Below, piece by piece: positions 26,481-35,397 of a stretch of DNA of 64,000 nucleotides (position 1 is the first letter of the stretch; each line of letters begins with the position of its first letter). The DNA is from Actinomycetota bacterium. GTDB taxonomy: Bacteria > Actinomycetota > Geothermincolia > Geothermincolales > RBG-13-55-18. The position numbers and the translations under genes were made by a program. The notes under the pieces were generated by a model. That model was given only the letters and a program-made list of their open reading frames with translations, was not told the DNA's origin and did no database searches. The DNA lies in NCBI GenBank assembly GCA_014360645.1, contig JACIXD010000018.1, positions 8,638 to 72,637 of the forward strand, read 5' to 3'.

Positions 26481-26589
26481 CCGGCCGGGGAAGCAGATCA
26501 TCCGGAAGGGTGTGACTGGAGAATTTTGACAAAGAGCGGCGTAGGGGGAGAAGCCGGCCGGGGAAGCAGATCATCCGGAAGGGTGTGAC
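26481..26589. repeat. 36-bp perfect direct repeat pair (26481-26516 and 26554-26589, period 73)
   Basis: CCGGCCGGGGAAGCAGATCATCCGGAAGGGTGTGAC occurs twice, starting 3 nt after the stop of the Fe-S gene and upstream of ftsH. Confidence 0.95.
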
Positions 26590-26661
26590 GGCTTCCGAAA
26601 GGAAGATCGCGGCGGAGACTGAGCCGGCGGCGCCTCGAAGATACCGCGAGGCCCATGCGGG

Positions 26662-26667
26662 TATAAT
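26662..26667 (+). promoter_or_regulatory. TATAAT -10 box placed 6 nt before the ftsH ATG (leaderless mRNA candidate)
   Basis: gggTATAATtaccctATG. No SD is possible in 6 nt. Confidence 0.55.
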
Positions 26668-26673
26668 TACCCT

Positions 26674-28527
26674 ATGGATGAAGGAAAGAAAAAGAAGTTC
26701 TGGCTGTACGCGGTCTACGGGGCCATCGCGCTGGCCATCATCCTCAGCATACAGTACGCCAATCCCTTCCATCCCCGGGAGATCGACTACAGCGAGTTCC
26801 TCTCCCGCCTCAATGCGGGAGAGGTGACCAGGGTGGTGATCACCGACACCCGCATCGAGGGCAAGTACCGCACCGAGGAGGGCGAGCGTGATTTCACCGC
26901 GGGGCGCATACCCGACGCCGACATCCAGGACCTCATAAAGACCATGGAGGACAAGGGGGTCTCCTTTTCCGGCAGGATCGAGAACACCTTCTGGCGCGAC
27001 TTCCTCTTCACCTGGATCCTTCCCATAGGCCTCATCGCCTTCATCTGGTTCTTCGTCTTCCGCCGCCTCTCGCGGCGCATCGGGGGCGCCAGCCCCATAT
27101 CCTTCGGGCAGTCCAAGGTTAAGCTCTACGACAGCAGTGTGGACCGGGTCACCTTCGACGACGTGGCGGGCCTGGACGAGGCCAAACAGGAGCTGCGCGA
27201 GATCATCGATTTCCTGCGCAACCCCCAGAAATACCGCAGAATCGGGGCGAGGATCCCCAAGGGCGTGCTCCTGGTGGGACCTCCGGGCACCGGCAAGACC
27301 CTCATGGCGCGCGCCGTGGCGGGAGAGGCCGGCGTGCCCTTCTTCTCCATCAGCGGCTCGCAGTTCATGGAGATGTTCGTGGGGGTGGGGGCGGCGCGGG
27401 TGCGCGACCTCTTCGAGCAGGCCAAGGCCAAGGCGCCCTGTATCGTGTTCATCGACGAGATCGAGACCATCGGCAAGGTGCGCGGCGGCATCATCGCCAG
27501 CGGAGGCACCGAGGAGCGGGAGCAGACCCTGAACCAGCTCCTCTCGGAGATGGACGGCTTCGACCCCCAGACGGGAGTGATCATCCTCGCCGCCACCAAC
27601 CGCCCCGAGGTGCTGGACAGCGCCATCCTAAGGCCGGGGCGTTTCGACCGCCAAATAATGATCGACCGCCCGGATATCAGGGGGCGGGAGGAGATCCTCA
27701 AGGTACACGTGCGCAAGGTGAAGCTCGCCGACGACGTGGACCTGCACAGGATCGCGGCCCGCACCCCCGGCTTCGCGGGCGCGGAGCTGGCCAACGTGGT
27801 CAACGAGGCCGCCCTGCTGGCGGCGCGCAAGAACAAGGAACAGGTGGAGGAGGAGGATTTTGAGCAGGCCATCGACCGCGTGGTGGGGGGCCTGGAGCTC
27901 AAGAGCAGGGTGATGAGCGAGAGGGAGAGGAGGGTGGTGGCCTTCCACGAGGTGGGCCATGCGCTGGCGGCCTCTCTACTGGAGCACGCCGATCCCGTGC
28001 ACCGCATCACCGTCATCCCCCGCGGTATCGGCGCCCTGGGGATGACCATGCAGCTCCCCGAGGAGGACCGCTACATCATGACCAAGCCCGAGCTCGAGGA
28101 CCGCCTCGCGGTGCTCCTGGGGGGCAGGATCGCCGAGGAGATCATCTTCGGCGAGATCTCCACCGGGGCCCAGAACGACCTGGAAAAAGCCACCATCCTG
28201 GCCCGCAAGATGGTGGAGGACTACGGCATGAGCGAGAGGATAGGTCCGGTGACCCTGGGGCTGGAGCGGGGCGCCCGTCTGCTCATGGGGGAGTTCTCCT
28301 ACGGCAAGGAGGCCAATTACAGCGAGGCCACCGCCGAGCTCATCGACCAGGAGGTCAAGGGGATTATCATGCGCAACTACGGGCGCGTGAAGGCCCTTCT
28401 GGAGGAAAGACGGGCGCTGCTGGAGGAGATCGCGGAGGTGCTCCTGGACAAGGAGACCCTGGAGGGGGACGAGTTCCGCGCCCTCCTCGAGGGAAGCGAA
28501 GAGGAGCGCAGAGCGGCCATCACCTGA
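26674..28527 (+). CDS. ftsH: ATP-dependent zinc metalloprotease FtsH
   Basis: Two N-terminal TM segments, Walker A GPPGTGKT, an SRH region and the HEVGHAL zinc motif. Confidence 0.95.
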   Translation: MDEGKKKKFWLYAVYGAIALAIILSIQYANPFHPREIDYSEFLSRLNAGEVTRVVITDTRIEGKYRTEEGERDFTAGRIPDADIQDLIKTMEDKGVSFSGRIENTFWRDFLFTWILPIGLIAFIWFFVFRRLSRRIGGASPISFGQSKVKLYDSSVDRVTFDDVAGLDEAKQELREIIDFLRNPQKYRRIGARIPKGVLLVGPPGTGKTLMARAVAGEAGVPFFSISGSQFMEMFVGVGAARVRDLFEQAKAKAPCIVFIDEIETIGKVRGGIIASGGTEEREQTLNQLLSEMDGFDPQTGVIILAATNRPEVLDSAILRPGRFDRQIMIDRPDIRGREEILKVHVRKVKLADDVDLHRIAARTPGFAGAELANVVNEAALLAARKNKEQVEEEDFEQAIDRVVGGLELKSRVMSERERRVVAFHEVGHALAASLLEHADPVHRITVIPRGIGALGMTMQLPEEDRYIMTKPELEDRLAVLLGGRIAEEIIFGEISTGAQNDLEKATILARKMVEDYGMSERIGPVTLGLERGARLLMGEFSYGKEANYSEATAELIDQEVKGIIMRNYGRVKALLEERRALLEEIAEVLLDKETLEGDEFRALLEGSEEERRAAIT

Positions 28528-28586
28528 CCGCGCCGGTATGAGACAGAGGCCGCGCCGGCCGGGTGCCGACCGCAGGGAGGCGCGAG

Positions 28587-29525
28587 ATGGAGCGCGTGAG
28601 GGATGTGATCATCATCGGGGCGGGTCCGGCGGGACTCTCGGCCGGGGTGTACTGCGCCCGCAAGATGCTGGACACCCTGGTGGTATCGCAGAACGTGGGA
28701 GGCCAGGCCACCTGGTCCTGGGAGGTCGAGAACTACCTCGGTTACCAGCTCATCAGCGGAGTGGAGCTCGCGGAGCGTTTCCGCGAGCACCTGGAGAACT
28801 TCCCCGTGGAGCTGCGCGAGGGGCGCACGGTCACCTCCCTCGCGGTCGCGCCTCCAGGCGAGGGGTTCGCGGTGACCACGGACCGGGACGGCGAGGCCAA
28901 GGGGCGGGCGGTGATCGTGGCCTCGGGCAAGGTGCCGCGCATGCTGGGGGTGCCGGGAGAAAAGGAATACCGCGGACGCGGCGTCGCCTACTGTTCCACC
29001 TGCGACGCGCCCCTGTTCCGGAACCGCAGGGTGGCGGTGGTGGGGGGCGGGAACTCCGCCCTCGATGCCGCACTGCAGCTGTCCGGCATCGCCGAGCGCG
29101 TCTTCGTAATCACCAACGAGCCCGCCCTGGGCGGTGACGAGATCCGGCGCCGTCAGGTGCTCGCCTCTCCCGTGGTGGAGGTCCTATATTCCACGCAGGT
29201 CAGCTCGATCACCGGCGAGAGGTTCGTGAAAGGCCTGACCTATCGCGGGGAGGGGGAAGAGGGGACCCTGGAGGTAGAAGGGGTTTTCATTGAGATCGGG
29301 AGCGTGCCCAGCACCTCCTTCCTGCCCCCGGAGGTCGCCCTCAACGAGCTGGACGAGGTGGTGGTGGACTCCAACAACCGCACCAGCGTCCCCGGCCTCT
29401 TCGCCGCCGGGGACGTCACCGACGTCATCGAGAAGCAGATCATCATCGCTGCCGGGGAAGGGGCCAAGGCGGCGCTGTCCGCCTACGCCTGGCTGGTGGA
29501 AAGTGGCCTCGTCAGGGACCGGTGA
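28587..29525 (+). CDS. Thioredoxin-reductase-like FAD-dependent pyridine nucleotide-disulfide oxidoreductase
   Basis: GAGPAG FAD motif, redox CSTC, GGGNSA NAD(P) motif and a GD motif. ATG follows GGGAGG. Confidence 0.85.
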   Translation: MERVRDVIIIGAGPAGLSAGVYCARKMLDTLVVSQNVGGQATWSWEVENYLGYQLISGVELAERFREHLENFPVELREGRTVTSLAVAPPGEGFAVTTDRDGEAKGRAVIVASGKVPRMLGVPGEKEYRGRGVAYCSTCDAPLFRNRRVAVVGGGNSALDAALQLSGIAERVFVITNEPALGGDEIRRRQVLASPVVEVLYSTQVSSITGERFVKGLTYRGEGEEGTLEVEGVFIEIGSVPSTSFLPPEVALNELDEVVVDSNNRTSVPGLFAAGDVTDVIEKQIIIAAGEGAKAALSAYAWLVESGLVRDR

Positions 29526-30174
29526 TAATCACGAAGGTGTGGGCGATCTTGTCGTGCCACGCCTGCTTGCGGTCGTCGAAACCCGCCCATATGTATCCCA
29601 GGGCGCACACCAGCCCCGAGAGGAACTTTCCCACGATCTCCCGGAGCGCGGCGGTACCGTAGGAGACCGGACCCATGTCCTCTCCCACCACCTTGAGTTT
29701 GAGGAGCATCTTGCCCAGCGTTGCGCCGTAGCGGCCCGTCATCACGGTGTAGTAAGCCCAGCCCACCCCGATACGGATCAGGTTGAAGAGGATCACCAGC
29801 CCCACGCTTACCCCTTCTCTCCAGTCCCAGGAGCCCCAGAAATTAAACCTGTCGCTCAGGGCAGAGAAGATGAGGTTGAGGGGCAAGAAGGCCGCGGAGA
29901 CGATGATGCCGTCGATGAAGGCGGCCACGAAGCGGATCCAGAAACCGGCATAGCGCGGATAGCCGGGCTGCGGGTACTGATGACCGGGCGGGTATGCCTG
30001 ACCTCCCGGAGGCGGTGGATAAGCCTGTCCGCCCGGCGGAGGCGGGTATGCCTGACCTCCCGGAGGCGGGTATGCCTGACCTCCCGGCGGAGGTGTTCCG
30101 AAGGAGTAGGCGCAGCCGGAACAGAAGGCTGCGTCATCGGGATTCTCCGCCCCGCAGCTCGGACACCTTTTCAT
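29512..30174 (-). CDS. RDD family membrane protein with N-terminal zinc ribbon and Pro/Gly/Gln-rich tandem repeat linker
   Basis: CPSCG..FCSGC ribbon, (PPGGQAY)x4 linker and an RDD-type 3-TM domain. Overlaps the end of the convergent neighbour by 14 nt. Confidence 0.8.
   Translation of the reverse strand: MKRCPSCGAENPDDAAFCSGCAYSFGTPPPGGQAYPPPGGQAYPPPPGGQAYPPPPGGQAYPPGHQYPQPGYPRYAGFWIRFVAAFIDGIIVSAAFLPLNLIFSALSDRFNFWGSWDWREGVSVGLVILFNLIRIGVGWAYYTVMTGRYGATLGKMLLKLKVVGEDMGPVSYGTAALREIVGKFLSGLVCALGYIWAGFDDRKQAWHDKIAHTFVIITGP
29985..30095 (-). repeat. Coding tandem repeat (about 24-30 nt units) encoding PPGGQAYP repeats
   Basis: GGGTATGCCTGACCTCCCGGAGGC recurs three times with one variant unit. 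Boundaries are approximate. Confidence 0.8.
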
Positions 30175-30573
30175 GCTCTCGCCCTTTCTCTCCATGGATC
30201 GACCCGACCGAGACCCTGATACATTTTATCCCATGCTCGCTATTCCATGCTCGCCCCGGTGATGAAGACGGGTTCGTTTGCGGCTTGCATGCAAAGATCA
30301 GGCGGCGTTGATCCTGCTGCACCCGGACCAGAGGTCCCGACCGCGTTTTTCTTAGGCCAACAAGCCACCTCCGTGTCGGTTCTCCCCCCTGAAGCCCGAG
30401 ATCCGGGCTGTGTTAATATATAAGAGGTGAACATGGCGATCCCGCGCCGGAGCCGGGAGTGCGGGCAAAACCCGCGCAGGGGAAGGCTCGGGCCGCACGG
30501 TTCGTGAACGGCACCTACACTGCTCGTGGCTCTTTCGTCCTGGGAGGGGTCCCATTATAAGGGGAGGGGGAGC

Positions 30574-31662
30574 ATGGGAGAGCGGATCGTAGTCGGCGCG
30601 GGACTGGCAGGCCTGTGCGCGGCCATCAACATCCGGCGCGATGGTCACGAGGTCAGGGTGCTCGAGAGGCGCGACGGCATCGGCGGCCCGGCGCGCGACA
30701 TGTCCACCGGGGAACTCACCTACGTCATGGCTGACGGCACTCCCATGGAGGTGGACAAGCTCTCGCGTTACATCGGTATCGATATCGGCCCAGCCTGCGA
30801 GCCCCTCCACTCCACGCGCATCTACAGCTTCGGGAAGCGTTTCGACCTGGCCTTCCCCGAGAACGTCCCGGCGGTGCTGGTCGAGAGGGGTTCGCGCAAG
30901 GACTCCCTGGACATGCACCTCTACCGCATCGCGGTGGATGAGGGGGTGGTCTTCGAGTTCAACCACCCCTTAAAGACGCGCCGGGACTTCGACGCCCTAC
31001 CCCCCGGGACCATCATCGCCGGCGGGCTCTTCGAGGACGCCTACGCGGCGCTGGGCATCCCCTACGTGCGCGTGGAGGGGCTCTTCGGGCAGGGCATGGT
31101 CGCCGAAGACTACACCGGGCCGAGCGTCATCCTCTACATGGACCGCTATACGTGGGATTACGCCTTCTTCTCCACCATCCACGGCGTGGCCGGAGCCCTG
31201 CTCTTCCAGCGCAAGAAGCCCCTCTCCGCCGAGGCCAAGGAATGGTTCCCCGCCCGCCTCGCAAGGGACGAGGGAATCGAGTTCCCGGAGTGGCACGAGC
31301 TGGATGTGGGAGTCCTGCCCATGGGGTCCATCAACAACCCGCGCCTCTTCCACGACAGGTTCATCCTGGCCGGGACCCTGGCCGGGGCGCAGGACCCCGT
31401 CCTCCTCTTCGGGGTACACGGGGCCCTGGTCACCGGCAGGATCGCGGCCATGGCCCTGAGCCGGCCCGAGGAGGCGCGGCGGGAGTTCCGCAAGATCAAC
31501 CTGCTGTGGAAGTTGAGCTACCTGAACCGGCTCGCCATCGAGCGCACCCATCCCTACGGGATCATGATCGCCAACCGGGCGGCCCTTCCTCTCTATCCGC
31601 TATATTCCCGGTTCCTGCTGCGCTACGCCTTCCTCTTCGTGCCGGGCTGGCTGAGGGTGTGA
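30574..31662 (+). CDS. NAD(P)/FAD-dependent oxidoreductase (geranylgeranyl-reductase-like)
   Basis: The N-terminal IVVGAGLAGLCAA..E dinucleotide-binding motif. ATG follows GGGGAGGGGGAG. Confidence 0.75.
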   Translation: MGERIVVGAGLAGLCAAINIRRDGHEVRVLERRDGIGGPARDMSTGELTYVMADGTPMEVDKLSRYIGIDIGPACEPLHSTRIYSFGKRFDLAFPENVPAVLVERGSRKDSLDMHLYRIAVDEGVVFEFNHPLKTRRDFDALPPGTIIAGGLFEDAYAALGIPYVRVEGLFGQGMVAEDYTGPSVILYMDRYTWDYAFFSTIHGVAGALLFQRKKPLSAEAKEWFPARLARDEGIEFPEWHELDVGVLPMGSINNPRLFHDRFILAGTLAGAQDPVLLFGVHGALVTGRIAAMALSRPEEARREFRKINLLWKLSYLNRLAIERTHPYGIMIANRAALPLYPLYSRFLLRYAFLFVPGWLRV

Positions 31663-31831
31663 GTGAGGACCTGGGTGGGGATACGCTACCGGTGTCCCAT
31701 GTCCGGGTCCGACCCCGCTGGCCCGGTTCCTGCTGCGCTACGCCTTCCTCTTCGTGCCGGGCTGGCTGAGGGTGTGAGTGAGGACCTGGGTGGGGATACG
31801 CTACCGGTGTCCCATGTCCGGGTCCGACCCC
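31607..31831 (+). repeat. 110-bp perfect direct duplication (31607-31716 and 31722-31831, period 115)
   Basis: Duplicates the last 18 codons + stop of the oxidoreductase gene plus 54 bp downstream, including one copy of the dispersed repeat. Confidence 0.95.
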
Positions 31832-32085
31832 ATTGGCGTTGCTCCGGTGTCCCATGTCCGGGTCCGACCCCATTGACGTTGGTTGTAGTAGACTGGAACC
31901 GAAATGTGGGGGCTGCGGAGGCGGGCCGGAGAAGGCGTGAGGTGGGATTATGCGTGGGGTCGAAGTGGGCTGGAGGGCAGGAGAGGATTTACGATGTCCC
32001 ATGTCCGGGGCTGACCCCATTGTGAGGTGGAGGCGCCGCCGGTCTGGATGGCGGTCAAATGTCCCATGTCCGGGGCTGACCCCAT
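31692..32085 (+). repeat. Cluster of five copies of the 25-27-nt dispersed repeat (two sequence variants)
   Basis: GTGTCCCATGTCCGGGTCCGACCCC(AT) at 31692, 31807 and 31847. ATGTCCCATGTCCGGGGCTGACCCCAT at 31994 and 32059. Confidence 0.95.
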
Positions 32086-33128
32086 TGGTGTTGATTTTGG
32101 TGGCGTGCTTTCTCGCAGGCTGCGGGGCGATAAGGGTGGGCGTGGATCCGGGCGGAAACCGAGAGGCGGAGAGTGCGGCAGACGAGCAGGCGATCCCGTC
32201 ACCGCCGTCGGAGCCGGATCATGCCACAGGCCGGGTGACAGGGCTGCGCCAGCTCACGACCCTCCATGTGGAAGCGGGCCCCAAATCGGTGGAGCTCATG
32301 CCGGGCGGAGAGCGCATCTTCGTAAACGACCTCTACGCCCACAAGGTCTTCATCTTCGACGCCGACACTTACGAGGTCCTGAAGCGGGTCCCCCTTCCGG
32401 ACGAGCCGGTGGAGGCGGGCTTCTCCCCCGACGGTCGCTACGCCTGGGTGTCCCTGTACAATTCCTCGAAGGTGGTGCTGGTGGACACAGAGGCGGGGAC
32501 GATGGTGGGCGAGGTGGCCACCGGCAGCATCCCCAAGGAGATCGCGGTGAGCCCGGACGGGAGGTGGGTCTACGTCGCCAACTGGGAGTCGAACAACGTC
32601 ACGGTGATCGACGCCGTGGCGCGGGCCCGGGTCAAGGAAATCCCCATGTACGGGACCCCGCGCGGCATGGTCTTCTCCCCCGACGGCAGCAAGGCCTACG
32701 TCTGCGTCATGGGCGGGAACACCCTGGCGGAGGTGGACGTGTCGGCGGGACATGCGGTGGCGCGGCAGATACCCTGCGGGGAGAACCCCCGCCACGCCGT
32801 GCTATCGCCCGATGGCGACACCATCTACGTCAGTAACAATCTCCCCGGCACCATAACCTACGTGGATCGTGCGGCCGGCGCTCCCTACGCCACGGTGAAG
32901 GTGGGAAACAAGGCCCGCACCATCGTCATCACCCCCGACGGCGGTTACCTCTTCGTGTGCAACTACGACGACAACACCGTGGGGTGCGTGGATATCGCGG
33001 CGCGCAAACAGCTCTTCACCGTCCCCGCCTCTAAGCCCATCGGCATGACCGTGGACACCCGGGGCGAGAGGCTCTTCGTCTCCAACTACGCGCCGCCACA
33101 GGTGACGGTATACGAGATCGCGCGCTAA
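32001..33128 (+). CDS. YVTN/YncE-like beta-propeller lipoprotein
   Basis: Lipobox LAGC after LVLILVACF. Repeated SPDG..(Y/A)V.N......V(I/V)D blades. The start is uncertain: the ATG at 32001 lies inside a repeat copy, and the track start is 31950. Confidence 0.8.
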   Translation: MSGADPIVRWRRRRSGWRSNVPCPGLTPLVLILVACFLAGCGAIRVGVDPGGNREAESAADEQAIPSPPSEPDHATGRVTGLRQLTTLHVEAGPKSVELMPGGERIFVNDLYAHKVFIFDADTYEVLKRVPLPDEPVEAGFSPDGRYAWVSLYNSSKVVLVDTEAGTMVGEVATGSIPKEIAVSPDGRWVYVANWESNNVTVIDAVARARVKEIPMYGTPRGMVFSPDGSKAYVCVMGGNTLAEVDVSAGHAVARQIPCGENPRHAVLSPDGDTIYVSNNLPGTITYVDRAAGAPYATVKVGNKARTIVITPDGGYLFVCNYDDNTVGCVDIAARKQLFTVPASKPIGMTVDTRGERLFVSNYAPPQVTVYEIAR

Positions 33129-33214
33129 AGGACTCGGTCGCTCCATGCGTGGTGCCGGACGTTGATCCGCGCACGGCGGCGAGGGATTCCCGGGTTAAAG
33201 CGCCGCGGCCGGTC

Positions 33215-33230
33215 CCGATAAGATTATCGG
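33215..33230. promoter_or_regulatory. Perfect palindrome CCGATAAgaTTATCGG upstream of the frameshifted lipoprotein gene
   Basis: 7-bp arms with a 2-nt spacer, 20 nt before the ATG at 33250. The loop is too short for a hairpin, so it is more likely a protein-binding site. Confidence 0.3.
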
Positions 33231-33249
33231 CGATGGAAGTCAGCCAGGC

Positions 33250-33673
33250 ATGAGAAGAGGGATGGAGGTGAAGAGGTTTCTGGCGGCCTCCTTGCTCGCC
33301 CCGTTGATCGTCTCGCTGATGGCGGCCGCCGCGGGGTGCGGCGGCTTGGGGAGAGAGAAAAAGGAGGGACCGACGGGGTGCCGAAAGAGGCGGCGAACGG
33401 AGGTTCCGAAAAGGGTAAGGGCGAGGAAGGGCTCTCGGCGGTGGGGACCTACGAGTCGGCCGAGGGCAAGATGATCAAACATGCCTCGGACGGGAGTTTC
33501 CAGACCGAAGCCTGGGGCAACAAGAAGGGCACTTACGTCTTCACCGACGACCAGATGGCAAATGGGTGGACCTCACCTTCGACGACGGCTCCAAGGTCAG
33601 GCTGAGCGTGATGATGGCCATGGACGAGGTGGCGGCGATCTTGGACGGGGAATCGGGCACTCGGTACAACTAG
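33250..33673 (+). pseudogene. Small lipoprotein gene interrupted by two -1 frame changes (pseudogene or homopolymer sequencing errors)
   Basis: Signal + lipobox (LMAAAAGCGG) in frame 1. The coherent continuation GTDGVPKEAANGG..GTYESAEGKMIKHASDGSFQTEAWGNKKGTYVFTDDQ is in frame 0, then KWVDLTFDDGSKVRLSVMMAMDEVAAILDGESGTRYN-stop in frame 2. The shifts fall at A5 and A3 runs. Confidence 0.5.
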
Positions 33674-33744
33674 ACTGGGAAACTTTGCAAGTCCTCGACC
33701 AAGCCCAAGCGATCTTGTACGGTAAGTCGGGCACTCGGTACACC
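33653..33744 (+). repeat. 16-18-bp direct repeat pair TCGGGCACTCGGTACA (period 74)
   Basis: The 3' end of the lipoprotein reading frame (ESGTRYN) is repeated 74 bp downstream (KSGTRYT). Confidence 0.7.
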
Positions 33745-34142
33745 AGGCAATAGGAAACGACTCGCTTCAGGGGATCACCCCGGGAGACCCGGACGCAGGT
33801 GAGCGATCCCCGCCCCCCTAACGCCGGTTCGCCCGGCTCCCATGGTACGGTGAGGCGCGACCAGGTTGGCGCCGGTGCCCCTTTGCCAGGAGAGCAGGCC
33901 CTTTGCTGCAAGAGCGCCGGGCTCTTCAGGCTCGCATGCCGGCGATCCCCTCATCCGCAACCATACAGAGCATGCGTCAGGCATCGTTCAGTCTTGCATA
34001 GCGAGCATCAGGCAGGAGGTGAGGTCGGGAAAGACCCCCTTCACCCTGGAACGCCGGCGCACCTCCCGAAAGAGTCTATCCGCAGGGCCCCGGAGCGGAT
34101 ACGGCGCCAGTGCTTGCGTGGAAAGGAGTATTAGGCGAGGGC

Positions 34143-35339
34143 CTACTCCAGGTAGTCGCGGAGCTTGGCGGAGCGGGTGGGATGGCGCAGCTTGGCCAGG
34201 GTCTTGGACTCGATCTGGCGTATCCTCTCCCGGGTTACCCCGAACTCCCGGCCCACCTCCTCCAGGGTGCGCGGGTGGCCGTCGGTGAGGCCGAAGCGCA
34301 GGCGGATGACCTCCTTCTCCCTCTCGTTGAGGGAGTTGAGCACGTCCTCCAGCTGCTCCTGTAGGAGGATGAAGGAGGCGGCGTCGATGGGCACCACGGC
34401 GTCCGCGTCCTCGATGAAGTCCCCCAGGTGGGAGTCCTCCTCCTCGCCGATGGGGGTCTCCAAGGACACCGGCTCCTGGGACACCTTGATGATCTCCCGC
34501 ACCTTCTCCGGGGTGAGCTCCATCTGCTCGGCGATCTCCTCCGGGGTGGGCTCCCGTCCCAGCTCCTGCAGGAGCTGCCGCTGCACGCGGATGAGCTTGT
34601 TGATGGTCTCCACCATGTGCACGGGGATGCGGATGGTGCGAGCTTGGTCGGCGATGGCGCGGGTGATGGCCTGCCTGATCCACCAGGTGGCGTAGGTGGA
34701 GAACTTGTAGCCCTTGCGGAAGTCGAACTTCTCCACCGCGCGGATAAGGCCCAGGTTCCCCTCCTGGATGAGGTCGAGGAAGAGCATGCCCCTGCCCACG
34801 TAGCGCTTGGCGATGGACACCACCAGGCGCAGGTTTGCCTCCACCAGCTTGCGCTTGGCCTCCTGGCCGACGCGCTCCTGGCGGCGCAGGGCCCTGAGCT
34901 CCTCGCGGGAGAGCTTGTCCCCCTTCTCGCGGAGGATGGCCGAAGCCTTCTCCCCGGCCTCGATCTTCTTGGCCAGGTCCACTTCCTCGGCGGCGGTGAG
35001 CAAGGGGACCTTTCCGATCTCCTTGAGATACATGCGCACGGGATCGTTGGTGGGCGTCTTCCCCGCCAGCTCCAGGTCCCGTTCCAGAAAGTCGTCCTTC
35101 TTGCCGCTTACCTCCTCTTCCTCCTCCTCCAGGTCGCGCAGGCTCTCCGCGGAGGGTCCGTCCACCACCTCCACGTTCATCTCCTCGAGCAGGGAATAGA
35201 GGTGGTCGATCTGCTCGGCGTTGAGGTGCAGGGACTGCAGGGATTCGTTGATCTCATCCTGGGTGAGTATGCCCCTGCCCTGCCCCTTGGAGAGCAGTTC
35301 CTTTATCTCGTCATAGTCGAGGTCTTTCCATTCGTCCAC
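34143..35339 (-). CDS. rpoD: Primary RNA polymerase sigma-70 factor
   Basis: Regions 1.2-4.2 are present, including [17 protein letters not shown] and the region 4 HTH. GTG start follows AGGTGG. Confidence 0.95.
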   Translation of the reverse strand: MDEWKDLDYDEIKELLSKGQGRGILTQDEINESLQSLHLNAEQIDHLYSLLEEMNVEVVDGPSAESLRDLEEEEEEVSGKKDDFLERDLELAGKTPTNDPVRMYLKEIGKVPLLTAAEEVDLAKKIEAGEKASAILREKGDKLSREELRALRRQERVGQEAKRKLVEANLRLVVSIAKRYVGRGMLFLDLIQEGNLGLIRAVEKFDFRKGYKFSTYATWWIRQAITRAIADQARTIRIPVHMVETINKLIRVQRQLLQELGREPTPEEIAEQMELTPEKVREIIKVSQEPVSLETPIGEEEDSHLGDFIEDADAVVPIDAASFILLQEQLEDVLNSLNEREKEVIRLRFGLTDGHPRTLEEVGREFGVTRERIRQIESKTLAKLRHPTRSAKLRDYLE

Positions 35340-35397
35340 TTGAAACCACCTGAGAGAGGATTTCCAGATTGTTAATCGAGCGATATCCGCCTTCCCT

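Noticed and set aside
31562-32025. ORFs spanning the repeat cluster (31562..32020-, 31663..32025+) as real proteins with repeated MGSAPDMGH / VPCPG motifs.
   Set aside because: The reading frames exist only because the repeats lack stops. The composition is non-protein-like and there are no SD motifs.
33340-33570. Programmed -1 ribosomal frameshifting in the lipoprotein gene.
   Set aside because: Neither shift site is a canonical slippery heptamer. Two independent shifts would be needed in a 140-codon gene. Indels at A-runs are the simpler explanation.
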